A stretch of 63,148 nucleotides of DNA, the filler included, from Welwitschia mirabilis (Eukaryota), in the NCBI GenBank assembly GCA_051453625.1. It is 6 parts of one record of this genome, joined end to end, with 100 filler letters (N's around TTAATTAATTAA, not from the genome) between each part and the next. Parts side by side here need not be neighbours in the genome. Positions count along the whole stretch, not along the records: positions 29,092 to 52,103 come from JBOZIK010000001.1; 5 more parts are not named here. One strand, given 5' to 3'. This document shows, piece after piece, positions 35,400 to 48,620 of the stretch (position 1 is its first letter; each line of letters starts with the position of its first letter). Position numbers and translations under genes: made by a program. The notes below the pieces were generated by a model, which was not told the origin of the DNA, made no database searches, and saw nothing but the letters and a program-made list of their open reading frames with translations.

Positions 35400-37876
35400 A
35401 TTATTTTTCAGTAAAATCAATAGGAGGTAAATATAGTAGAATAATAAAAATTTAATATCACAAATTCTAGAATTTAAATAAGAGATGAAGAAGTGATAAA
35501 CTTGATTGAAAACTAATCTTTTATTAAAATGACATAAATCATGAGTATCATCATATAATGCATGTAAGGAACTACTCAGAGAAGAGATAAAAGATGTGCT
35601 TAAAGACTTTTTAGAATGTCTAGTAAGGTTAAGAAGCTTTCTATCATTCAATTCAAGATACAGATCTTCATTAAACCAGTAAGGCTTTTTTCAATTACTA
35701 TGACTAAATGACATGTTATCTCTACAAGATTTATTAATAATATAAGAGATTAAAAATTTATATAATTCATGAAAAAACAATCTCTTATCAAACTCATGAT
35801 GTAAATAATTTGAAACATATATTTCATTTAAAAATTGATATTGAAAATGGGAGAAATTAATCATAGTATTAGAAATGAAAGTTTTTTTAGGAATCTTCTT
35901 AGGATGACTAATTAAGATAGGTTTAACATGCATAAGAAGATCTTTAAGGTTTAATTCTAGGCATGGATTTGTATTAAGAAGATAAGGTTTACCCCAATTT
36001 ATAATTTCAAGGTATCTCAAGTCTTGTTTTTGAAAAGAGTAACCATTAAAAACACAAGGTAAAGGAGATTTTATAAAAGAGTAAAAGATGTTACTTCCAG
36101 TGTTACATGAACTTTTAAGAGAAAAAGATTGAAATATTTTAGGAATAGATTCCTTAAGATGAGGTGTTTCAATTAAGTAAAGAAGAGGAATGTGATTTAT
36201 AGAATTATTTGAATGNNNNNNNNNNNNNNNNNNNNNNNNNNNNNNNNNNNNNNNNNNNNNNNNNNNNNNNNNNNNNNNNNNNNNNNNNNNNNNNNNNNNN
36301 NNNNNNNNNNNNNNNNNNNNNNNNNNNNNNNNNNNNNNNNNNNNNNNNNNNNNNNNNNNNNNNNNNNNNNNNNNNNNNNNNNNNNNNNNNNNNNNNNNNN
36401 NNNNNNNNNNNNNNNNNNNNNNNNNNNNNNNNNNNNNNNNNNNNNNNNNNNNNNNNNNNNNNNNNNNNNNNNNNNNNNNNNNNNNNNNNNNNNNNNNNNN
36501 NNNNNNNNNNNNNNNNNNNNNNNNNNNNNNNNNNNNNNNNNNNNNNNNNNNNNNNNNNNNNNNNNNNNNNNNNNNNNNNNNNNNNNNNNNNNNNNNNNNN
36601 NNNNNNNNNNNNNNNNNNNNNNNNNNNNNNNNNNNNNNNNNNNNNNNNNNNNNNNNNNNNNNNNNNNNNNNNNNNNNNTTATTAAAATCACAAGATAATG
36701 TAAAAGTAGGAGTAGAAAAAGGGATGCTATGTAGAGTTTTACATAACAGTATAAGTGAAAGGGATGGACAAGCATGTGTACACTCTTTAGATTGATTTTT
36801 TACATTAGAAAGTATAAGCTTATCTTTCATTAAGTTTATTTGATTTTCTATAGGTTCTTCTTTATTCCTGTCCTCTTCATTTTTGACTTCATTATTACTT
36901 GTTGAATTCTTTCTGTATGTTCTTCATTGTTATCTTTAATAATATCTCTCTCTTTTTCATTATCTTTATTACTATGATTAATTATATCTTCCTCTTCTTC
37001 ATTGTATTTCTTATTTTTTTATTAAGGATTATTATCAATTGTTAATTTAGTGGATTCATCAAAAAGACCATTAAAAAGATCATAGAAAGAAAGATTCTTA
37101 CTATCTTCATTATGTGATTGAATATTTTTTGATATTTCTTAAGTTGATTTTGCTTCGTCTCCATTGATTAACTTAGTTAATTCTAAACTATAATCTTCAT
37201 TGTCTTTCATTGAAATACTATCATTGACAATCATCTCATATTATCATCTGGATGACATATATGGATGACTCCCTTCATTATTACATTCTTCATTGATTTC
37301 ATTACATAAATTCTCCATTAATCTTATGTGTTAGACTTTTTTTAAAGGTTTGATTTCTTCATCTTCATCACAAAGTAAGTGAAAATTAGGGATTTGATCT
37401 ATTTTCTCAATATCATTATTATCATCTTCCTCCTTACCTTCCTCATCATTTTCTTACATGTCTTCATTTTCCAATTCATTAGCTTCATTAAAAGGATAAA
37501 TGTGATTATTATCTTCATCATGGATTAAAGGATTTTTAGATTTTTCGAGAGTTAATTCTTTTGTTTCATCTTTATATTCTAATAGGAAATGAATGAAGTT
37601 ATAATCTAATATTTTATCATATGATAAATAGTCATCTTCATCCATATTGTTGAATAATAAAGTTAAATCATTATTGTCCTCCTTTTTTAATCCATCTATT
37701 AAGAAGTTAGATGTTGTAGGATGATCCATAATTTCATTTTCTATGTTAAAGTAAGAATTTTTGTTACTTATTTCTAAATTATCTTCATTCTTTTTAAGGT
37801 GGGATGTGGTAGGATAGGTTAAAGTTGTAAAGGAACCTTGAGAGAGTTCATATTATAATAAATTTTATTAAAACAT
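35400..37876 (-). pseudogene. C-terminal part of the gag-derived unknown ORF of element C
   Basis: An acidic low-complexity stretch (37454-37729), then two modules: NWGKPY..CLELN...FDKRLFFHELYKFLISY and KPY...LELNDRK...FNKRLVFNQVYHFFISYLNS. Homologous to 41570-43900. Confidence 0.6.
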
Positions 37877-39520
37877 TATTACAGTGTGTATTTGTGTAAG
37901 TGTTATACTTAAAACGATTCTATTACTTATAACCAAAATAGATATCTTATATAATACATCACACTAGTATAGTTGGGAGTTAACCTAAATGTGATATTCT
38001 CATTGAAGGCTATGAGATGATAATTGAATTGCTTTTGTAAAAGAAAATGGGAACTAAAGATAAAAAATCATGTAGAAAATAAAGTATAATGCAAATGCAA
38101 GATGCAACCTAATCTAATATGCAATGCAAAATAATCCTAACATACTTCCTTTCAGCCTTGACAAAGGATTCCCTTAATGATCTATATCACCCAAGACATT
38201 GTAACCAGATCAAAGGCAACATAAATCATAAGGATCATTTAATAATCTAACATGTAAACGTGAAGACAAAATAAAGTTTATATTAAGAGTAACAAAGCAT
38301 CTAGGTTATAAGATAGTCGAGCTTCAATGGAGGATGCATAGGCCTCTACCAAAGGAACATCTTTTTGCAACACTTGAGATGGATCTCTTGTCCTTCAATC
38401 TCTTGTCATGAGAATTTTCAGTGCAACGAAGATGAGAATAAGAGTCAAAAGAGGACTTATTTATAACTTAAAGAAGAAAACAACAAACAAAAAGTGTGGC
38501 AAGATGTACTCATTTACACAAAAGAAATGAATAAAATGATCAAGTGTTGGCTATCAGAGTCAGTTATATGTCAGTGTCATCCGGTCAAGTCATTCAGATG
38601 ATGACGGAAATAATATCTCATCATAAAAGTTNNNNNNNNNNNNNNNNNNNNNNNNNNNNNNNNNNNNNNNNNNNNNNNNNNNNNNNNNNNNNNNNNNNNN
38701 NNNNNNNNNNNNNNNNNNNNNNNNNNNNNNNNNNNNNNNNNNNNNNNNNNNNNNNNNNNNNNNNNNNNNNNNNNNNNNNNNNNNNNNNNNNNNNNNNNNN
38801 NNNNNNNNNNNNNNNNNNNNNNNNNNNNNNNNNNNNNNNNNNNNNNNNNNNNNNNNNNNNNNNNNNNNNNNNNNNNNNNNNNNNNNNNNNNNNNNNNNNN
38901 NNNNNNNNNNNNNNNNNNNNNNNNNNNNNNNNNNNNNNNNNNNNNNNNNNNNNNNNNNNNNNNNNNNNNNNNNNNNNNNNNNNNNNNNNNNNNNNNNNNN
39001 NNNNNNNNNNNNNNNNNNNNNNNNNNNNNNNNNNNNNNNNNNNNNNNNNNNNNNNNNNNNNNNNNNNNNNNNNNNNNNNNNNNNNNNNNNNNNNNNNNNN
39101 NNNNNNNNNNNNNNNNNNNNNNNNNNNNNNNNNNNNNNNNNNNNNNAGTTATATGTCAGTGTCATCCTGTCAAGTCATTCAGATGATGAAGGAAATAATA
39201 TCTCATCATAAAAGTTAACTTGATAGGTGATTTATTAGATAACTCAGCATTGTCATGCTTATCATTTGGACAATAGAGGGAACAATGGTATTCTTTAATC
39301 ATTTTCTTAAGGATAAACTTAACATTTCTATTAGTAATCTTCCTCTAAAACTCTGTGCATCAGAATGTGCCTTAAATAGATTAAATTTAGATAAGAACTA
39401 CATATTTTTGAGATCTTCGATTAAATCTCTAAAATCCTTAGAATTGTACCTAAACTTGTGTAAAAGTCCTATAAAATATCTCATAAAACCCCATCAAATA
39501 ACCATAATGGTAGCGCAACA
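37877..39520 (-). repeat. 3' LTR of element D (contains an N gap)
   Basis: TATTACAGTGTG...TAGCGCAACA, colinear with 44522-45590 and 46434-46959. Confidence 0.88.
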
Positions 39521-41569
39521 TAGCCCTCACTTATCCTTTGTCATTCCCTGATAAAAATGAGGTAAAAAACCATAATTACAAGTGAATTTATATTAAAAAT
39601 TAATCTAGAAATTTTAAAAGCAGACTTATAAAACACACCACATAGGAAAATAACATATAATGCATAATGTGTATGAAAATTTTATCTCATTAAAGCTTTG
39701 AAATAACTCAAAAATTTGTTTAAATGAGCCATGAAAATGGGTCCTATCCTCACCTTTCCCCTGCCTCTCCCCTTTCCCTCCCCTTTGAGAAAAACAATAT
39801 GTCTCATATTGGAAAATAAAGCAAAATAAAGTAGACGAGAGTAAGAAGGCAGATAATGGGTTTTCTTTAAAGAGGAAAATTTTCTATTCTAAGTTCAAAA
39901 GCTGAGTAATGTCAGATTTGAAGAATATAGATCAATGAAATATTCTAAGAAAAAAAAGAGTGGATAATAAAAGTTTTTAATTACAAGAATGATTAAGAGG
40001 AACACTTACAATACCAAAAGTCTAAAAAATAAACATCATAGATTTTATTAATAAAACTTTTGTAATCAAGAAATTAATTTTTATTAAAAACTAAATGATA
40101 AGGAAATATAGTAATAACTTTAAAATAACTAATAAAACCACAAAATAAAACAAGAAGAATGGGTATAAGATAATATAAGCAAAATATAGCTCACCTATCT
40201 AATATTTAACCTTGTAGACTTCTTTCAAAGAAATTATAACATCAATTAATTTGAAAAATGCAAGACTTAATCTACAAAAATTCCATTTAATAAGGCATTG
40301 ATTATGATGATGCTAAAAAAAATGCTTTAAATAATGAATAATTAGATCAAAGAATTGCTCAAAAATGAACTCACCTGTTATCATTTTAAAATAAACACCC
40401 AAATCTCAAAAAATGAAATGATCATGTGGAAAAGCTGAGAGTTTAGAAAACAAGCAATGTTTCTAATGATACCAGGGACATCAATGATCCATAGACTTTT
40501 AGTTTATTACAAGTTTATTATCCATGATGAGGGGAGTGCAACCACCATAAGAAAAGTAAGGACCCATGAAGTATTGCTAACTAACCTCCCAGTGGAGTTT
40601 CCACAGCTACTATATTGCACTAACAAAAGCTTCTTTTGAAAATATTTGCCCTGATATACTTGCATAGGACATTATGATGACTATGTTTTTAAAATATCAT
40701 AAATAAAACATCATGGCTTTATTTCACCTACTTCTTTTTTAATTGAAAACAAATTAACATTCCACATGATCAAACACTCTAAAAGACAAAGGTGAAAATA
40801 TAACAAAAATAAAGCATCATCATTTAAACTTAAGTTCATGGACGTGTGAACGTCCTAAGATTAGGTGAATTCAATCTTACCTCTAAAATGCCTAAGTCAA
40901 AAGGTTAGTCATGGAAATAAATACATAAGTTAAGTTTGAAAAATGATTAAGTAACATCATAATAACCTCCAAAGGAAAAAGCTAAGAGTAAATTTAGATG
41001 GTTTTCTTAATTAAGTATAAATTTTTACCCATTAACTTCATGAAATTCTCAAGCAGTCAAGTTAGAAATCTCAGCAGAGTCATAAAAATGTATTTTCTCA
41101 AAATAATAGAAACTAAAAATCATTTATTAACTAACTGTCATCCTTATCTTCATTCATATGACATAGAGGATGATAAAGATAGAAAAAAGAAATAGAACAT
41201 AGAAAACTTACAGAAAAACTAGAAATAGAGAGTAAAAATAGATACTATTATCTACCTCATCATCCAGATGACACAGGAGACAACACATTATTATTAAAAA
41301 ATAGAAAACATAGACTATGAATAAAAACAAAAATAAAAATATAAAATTAAAATAGAGATTATCAAAATAGAAAGTTAAAAATCAAAATCAAAAGTATTAA
41401 GAAAGCCAAAAGAAAAGATTAAGTCAAGCAAACTTTATTTAAATTCTAAAATCTAACTCACACTTTTATTAAAAAGAAAGAGAGAAAGCAAAAGAAGATG
41501 GTGTCAAGGTATTTGTATTCTTTCAAAAAAATAAGGTCCAAATCAAATATTCACCAATTAATAAAAACA

Positions 41570-43900
41570 TGAAAGTATACAATCATTTTTAAGTAGAATC
41601 AATTGGAAGAAGAGAGAGTAAAAAGATAATATCTAGATAGCACAAACTTTAGAATTCAAATAAGAGATAAAGAAATGATAAGTGTCATTAAAAAATAATC
41701 TCTTATGAAAGCTTTGTGAATCTAGAGCATCATTAGAAAAGGCATATGAGAAGGGACTCAAATAAAGTTTCCAAAGTAATTTTGAAGGATCTTTAAAATG
41801 TTTTCTATCATTTAATTTAAGACATGAATTTTTAAGAGGAAAATAAGGTTTTATCCAATTTTCATAAGCACATGATAATTTGTTTTCACAAGAATTAATG
41901 TAAGGGATAAAAAATTTGTACAACTCATGAAAAAACAATATTTTATCAAACTCATAATATGAAGAATTTGAAACATAAATTGCATTTAAAGCTTGATATT
42001 AAACATGGGAAGAATAATTTAAGATCGAAGGATTTGTAATAAACTTCTTAGAGTAAGAGATTAAGATAGGTTTTACATATTTAAGAAGCTCTTTAACATT
42101 TAATTTCAAACACGGGTTGGGATCAAGAAGATATGATTTTCCCAATTAATAGTTCTAAGGTATTCCAAATTTTATTTTTGAAAAGAATGATCAATGGAAG
42201 CACATGGTAGAGTTGGATTTGCAAATGAGGAAAAGATGTTACTTTTGTACATGAGGTTTTCAAAGGAAGAGGTTGAGAGATTTTTGAACTCAAGTCCTCA
42301 AGATGATTTGGTTCTATGCTTTTAAGAATAACAATGTGATTTAGAGAGTTACTTGTTTGAATAATTTCTTCTTTGATTATATCTCCCTCATCTTTATGAT
42401 TGATCATATCTTACACTTATTTTTCATTTTGTTAAGGATTATTATTTTTTCTAAGTTGTTGGATTCCTTAAAAATATTATAGAAAGGAAATCTCTCATTG
42501 TTTTCATTACTTGATGAAAGTATTCTGATGTTTNNNNNNNNNNNNNNNNNNNNNNNNNNNNNNNNNNNNNNNNNNNNNNNNNNNNNNNNNNNNNNNNNNN
42601 NNNNNNNNNNNNNNNNNNNNNNNNNNNNNNNNNNNNNNNNNNNNNNNNNNNNNNNNNNNNNNNNNNNNNNNNNNNNNNNNNNNNNNNNNNNNNNNNNNNN
42701 NNNNNNNNNNNNNNNNNNNNNNNNNNNNNNNNNNNNNNNNNNNNNNNNNNNNNNNNNNNNNNNNNNNNNNNNNNNNNNNNNNNNNNNNNNNNNNNNNNNN
42801 NNNNNNNNNNNNNNNNNNNNNNNNNNNNNNNNNNNNNNNNNNNNNNNNNNNNNNNNNNNNNNNNNNNNNNNNNNNNNNNNNNNNNNNNNNNNNNNNNNNN
42901 NNNNNNNNNNNNNNNNNNNNNNNNNNNNNNNNNNNNNNNNNNNNNNNNNNNNNNNNNNNNNNNNNNNNNNNNNNNNNNNNNNNNNNNNNNNNNNNNNNNN
43001 NNNNNNNNNNNNNNNNNNNNNNNNNNNNNNNNNNNNNNNNNNNNNNNNNNNNNNNNNNNNNNNNNNNNNNNNNNNNNNNNNNNNNNNNNNNNNNNNNNNN
43101 NNNNNNNNNNNNNNNNNNNNNNNNNNNNNNNNNNNNNNNNNNNNNNNNNNNNNNNNNNNNNNNNNNNNNNNNNNNNNNNNNNNNNNNNNNNNNNNNNNNN
43201 NNNNNNNNNNNNNNNNNNNNNNNNNNNNNNNNNNNNNNNNNNNNNNNNNNNNNNNNNNNNNNNNNNNNNNNNNNNNNNNNNNNNNNNNNNNNNNNNNNNN
43301 NNNNNNNNNNNNNNNNNNNNNNNNNNTTAAAACATATAGTTGAATTGTCATGGTCTCCCCTTTGCTCATCTCCTAATGAGTAGGATGATGAATTTTGATC
43401 TAAAATTTTATTCTCAATTTGGAAGCAAGAATCATAATCATTCATTCCTAAGTTGTTTCATTTTCCTTAAGGTAAGATGTAAAAGGATAGGTTTGAGGAT
43501 TTTGCATTAGAAGAGATTCTTGATTTTGTAGAAGATTTTGTTGAAAGACTTCAACTAACGTTTTAGTCTTTTATTGGTGTTTTTAATGCTTTTGCATATT
43601 TCATTCATCATTTCTTTTCTTGGATCATTTTCTTCTTCATAGTAGTTTATGGGAGATGGATGGGATGGATAAAAGTGATTATATAAGATTGAATTCTTAA
43701 TATTTTCATTATTATTTCTATATGGATTTTGAAAAGGAAAGGAGGAATAATAAGATGATTGAAAAGAGGAATGGGCCCAATCCCTACTCTCAACATCATT
43801 TCATATTGGTAATTCTTTTTCTACAAAAAGTTCTTTAAGTGTCTTCTTATTATTATCCTTAGGTTCTTTACTACACTTTTCAAAAACTTTTTCTAAAATA
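41570..43900 (-). pseudogene. Gag-derived unknown ORF of element D (degenerate, partly in gap)
   Basis: NNKKTLKELF...NDVESRD...HPSPINYYEEEND, and two modules FFHELYKFFIPYINS and FHKRLFFNDTYHFFISYLNS. Confidence 0.6.
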
Positions 43901-44521
43901 GGTCCTTATATCACTATTTATTTTTGAGAAGAATCGGAAGAAGAGAATCTAAGATGAAGATAGACACTCAGTGATGATCAAGTTTTAATGTTTTACAAAT
44001 AAAATAAGCTCAAAAAAAATAATGTATGCACTTGAAGTTTGCATTCCTAATTCTATATTGAAACCAAGTAGTTCTTCTTTAATACTTTCTTCTATCAACA
44101 GCCTTTTTTTTTTAATAAGCCTTTTTATGAACTGATCATATCACAGTCCCTACAAATAGAAAACAAATAAAAAACAACACTATTATCCTGTCTATCGTGG
44201 GGATAACTAAGGGGATGATAACATAGAAACTAGAAAATAGAAGCAGAATAAAAATTGACAAAAATTAAAAACTAGGAAAAAGAGAGCTACCATCCTCCTA
44301 GTCATCTAGACAATGAAGAAGACAACAGGGACTAATTTATTACGCAAAACTGAAATCTAAAAATAAAAATTGAAACTAAAAAACTGTAAATAGAATCTAA
44401 TATTCCTAATAAAAATATAATATTACTACAAATAAATAATTGAATGGATATCTGATATACTCACCTAAACAATGACAGCCCTTGTACTCCTCAGCAGCCT
44501 TCCCAAGCAACACCACCAATT

Positions 44522-45590
44522 TTTTATGATATGTATTTGTGAAACTATTATACTCAAAAATATTCCATTACTTATAACCAAAATAGATATCTTACATAAT
44601 ACATCACACTCGTATAGTTGAAAGTTAACTCAAATGACATATTCTCATTGAAGGCTATGAGATAAGACTTGGATTTCTTTTGCAAAAGAAAATGGGAATC
44701 AAACATAATGAATATTGCAAAAAATAAAGTGCAATGCGAATGCAAGATGTAATCTAATCTAATATACAGTGCAAAATGATCCTAATACTACTTGCTTTCA
44801 GCCTTTAAAAAATCTCCCTTAGAAATTGTCACTAGATCAAGGGCAATATAAACTATAAGGGTTATTTAACAATTTAACATGCAAACATGAAGATAAAACA
44901 TAGTTTATATTAAGAGTAATAAAGCATATGGGTTATAAAATAGCTTAGCTTCAATGGAGGATGCACAGCCTTCCATCAAAGGAACATCTTTTTGCAACAC
45001 TCTAAATGGATCTTTCACCCTTTGATCTCCTATCATGATAATTTCTGGTGCAATGAAGATGAGAAGGAGAGTCGAAGGGAAACTTATTTATAACAATTTA
45101 CAACAAAAAAAGGCAAATAGAATGTGCGGCTAGACATGCTCTTTTACATAACTGAAATAGATGAAACAATTAAGGATTACTGTCAAAGTCGGTTACATGT
45201 TGTTATCATCCTGACTGTTATCCAGATGACAAGGGGGATGATAGCTCATTACAAAAGATGACACAGAATGATGAATCAATGGTGATTCAGCAATACATGT
45301 TAGTAACCAATAGTATCATTGTCCTGCCTGTTGTAGGGACGACAGAGGAGACGACAATCTTTTTTATCATTTTTTTGAGAAAAAATTTAGCATTTTTATC
45401 ATTAATCCTTCTCCAAAGCTTTGTGCATCAAAATGTGCCTTTAACACATCAAATCTGAGTAAGAAATGCATATTTTTGATATTTCCTATTGTATCTCCAA
45501 AATCCTCAGAATTGCACCTAAACCTGTGTAAAAGTCCTACAAAACAACTCATAAAACCCTATCAAATAATCACAAATTGGTAATGCAATA
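44522..45590 (-). repeat. 5' LTR of element D (right half probably from a paralogous copy)
   Basis: Adjacent to the PBS at 44501-44518, colinear with the LTR at 37877, and ends TAATGCAATA. Confidence 0.82.
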
Positions 45591-46433
45591 GACATTTATT
45601 TCATCTTAGATATTTATCCTAAAAAATAACATAATAGAAAAATAGTCATTTGAGATTGAAAAATAATTGTTTGTGACTGTTAAAAAGCATTCAAATTTAT
45701 TCGAATGATTACCTCTCTAGGTCAACTGACCAAAACACTTTACAAGTACAAAAGGCATAACAAAGAATGATTCGATAATGATTAATTAGTATCATACATT
45801 CAAAAATCATTTAGTACTAATTATTAGAACTATCACTAAAGACATGTATGTAATCTAAGCTCATTCACTATTGCAGTCTTATCATTGAAACACAACATTG
45901 AAGGTGAAGTCAAGATATTACATACGTCTGATCATTTCAAGCTTATTATTTTTTAATATTAAGTTATTGGCACATAATTGTTAGACTATTTTATTTGTAG
46001 AATCTTTTTCTTTCAATTTAAATATTTTTATTTACATCTTTTTTATTAGAATTTCGTATTAGAGATTCCAAAGTGTATGATAAGCCTCTTTGAGATTTGA
46101 CAATAGTTGTAAGTACTTTTGGTTTACAATTCCATTTCAAATATTAAGTGGAAGAGAGTTATGCTTTAAAAAGAGCATCTCATTTATATGTAAGGTTGGT
46201 GGTTCTCTAAAACTACTATTTAGTACAAGTTAAAAATATCTGGAGTTATCAAGGAAAGCTATGTTTTATGTGTGGACGCACTCAAGTTGGGGAAACACAT
46301 AAATTAGTAAGTGTTGCAATCTGTATTTTTGCANNNNNNNNNNNNNNNNNNNNNNNNNNNNNNNNNNNNNNNNNNNNNNNNNNNNNNNNNNNNNNNNNNN
46401 NNNNNNNNNNNNNNNNNNNNNNNNNNNNNNNNN

Positions 46434-46959
46434 AATTTCTGGTGCAATGAAGATGAGAAGGAGAGTCGAAGGAAAACTTATTTATAACAACTTACAATAA
46501 AAAATGACAAATAGAAAGTGTGACAAGACATGCTCATTTACACAAAAGAAATAGATGAAACGGTCAAGGATCGACGGTCAGAATCAGTTATATGTCATTA
46601 TTGTCTTGTCAGGTTATCCAGAGGATGAAGGAGATGATAACTCATTACAAACATTGACTAAACAGGTGATTTATTAGATAATTCAAAATTGTCCTGCCTA
46701 TCATCTGGATGACAGAGGGAATAATGGTCTTCTTTAATCATTTTATTAAGGAGAAACTTAGCATCTCTATCAGTAATCTTCCTCCAAAGATCTGTGCATT
46801 AGAATATGCCTTAAATACATCAAATCTAGGTAAGAATTGCACATTTCCAAGATCTTCTATTGATTCTCCAAAATCCTCAGAATTGCACCTAAATCTATGT
46901 AAAAGTCCTGCAAATAGCTCATAAAACCCATCAAATAACCATAAATTATTAGTGCAACA
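46434..46959 (-). repeat. Partial LTR copy carrying the TSD-matched terminus of element D
   Basis: Begins almost identically to ~45041, ends GTGCAACA and is followed by AACAT. Confidence 0.82.
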
Positions 46960-48620
46960 AACATCTTAATCAGATTTCTTATGTTCTTGGTGGTATTTTC
47001 TTGTCTATTTTTCATTTATTTAACATAGTTTTTCTTTCTTCATAATAATTCATGGTAGATAGATCTTCTTCCTAATAATCTATGGGAGATGATTGTTTTT
47101 TATAATAATCTATGAAAGATGATTAGAATCATTAAAATGATTATAGGATGTTTTATTAGATAAGGTAGAATCCCTAAAATGTCATAAATCATCATTGTTA
47201 TTTTTACATAAAGCTTGAAAAGAAGGAGGNNNNNNNNNNNNNNNNNNNNNNNNNNNNNNNNNNNNNNNNNNNNNNNNNNCATTATTTAGAGTTACCCATC
47301 ATTGTTATTCAAATATTTCTCTAAATATTCTATTTCATTATTTTTATAAATTCTATTGTTTTTCCTCCTTTCAGCACTCCTTTTAGCTAATAGTTCTCCA
47401 ATAGTCTTTTTATCATTATTCATAGAAATTCTTATGTTTCTCTTTTCTTCAGCTAATATTTCTCCCCTAGTTCTACTATCATTATTCTTAGAAATAGATG
47501 AGAAGGATAAATAAGAAGAATCCCTAGTTCTAAGTTATATATCATCATTTGAAGTTAAGTTAAAAGATTTTTATTTTTCACATGTTCTTCTAGCAATTAA
47601 CTCTCCAACTATAGTATTTACATCTGAATTAGAGGGTTNNNNNNNNNNNNNNNNNNNNNNNNNNNNNNNNNNNNNNNNNNNNNNNNNNNNNNNNNNNNNN
47701 NNNNNNNNNNNNNNNNNNNNNNNNNNNNNNNNNNNNNNAAATATTATAGGTTAATCCATAATTTGATTTTATGTATTGAAGTAAGAATTGTTATTACTTG
47801 TTTCTAAGTTTTCCTTATGACTCTCAAGGTGTGATGTAGTAGGATAGATTTCTTTTGATATAAAAGAACCTTGAGATAGTTTATTTTATAATAAAGTTTA
47901 TTAAATCATTTTAATTTTATTTTATATGTTCTTGTTTTGATTTTATAAATTTCTCTTCATTTTGTAAAACAATTCTTTAGCATAGTAATTTATTGCTTCA
48001 TAGTAATTTNNNNNNNNNNGAAGATGGATTATTTCCATAGTATTTCATGGGAGATGGTTATTCATTATAATAATCCATGGAAGATGATTGAGATTCATTA
48101 AAATGACTATAGAATGTCCTATTAGATGACGTAAAATTCCTAAAATGTTGTAAATAATCATTTTTATTTTCACTTAAATCTTGAAAATGAGGAGGAAAAA
48201 TATACGAAGGTTAAAAAGAGTAAGGGGCCTAGTTCTTAGTCTCAACATTATTTGAAGTTATCCAGAATTATTTGTTACATATTTCTATAAATGTTCTATT
48301 TCCATTATTTTTAGACATTCTATTATTTCTTCTTTTGACACTCCTTTTAGCCAATAGTTCTCTAATAGTCTTTTTATTATTATTCGTGAAAATTTTCAAG
48401 TTTCTCCTTCCTCTAGATAATATTTCTCCAACAGTCTTACTATTGTTATTCTTAAAAGTAAATGAGAAGGATGAATAAGAGGAATTGTCAATTCTAAGTT
48501 CTATATCATCATTAGGATGTAATTTAAAGAATTGTTTTCCTTCACATCTCATTTTAGCAATTGTCTCTTCAAATGTAATATTTGCATTTTAACTAAAGTA
48601 TTCTATCATATTTGTATTAA
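46960..48620 (-). pseudogene. N-terminal part of the element C ORF, internally duplicated (~0.9 kb unit)
   Basis: RCEGKQFFKLHPNDDIELRIDNSSYSSF and RTCENKKSFNLTSNDDI*LRTRDSSYLSF, with repeated T(V/I)(G/R)ELLA-like motifs. Confidence 0.6.

Larger units (their letters stand above)
37877..46959 (-). mobile_element. Non-autonomous Athila-related element D, full length with 5-bp TSD AACAT
   Basis: 3' LTR 37877-39520, PPT 39521-39540, PBS 44501-44518, 5' LTR from 44522 with its terminus at 46959. AACAT at 37872-37876 and 46960-46964. The rejoined flanks match the paralogous sequence at 47830-47935. Confidence 0.85.
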
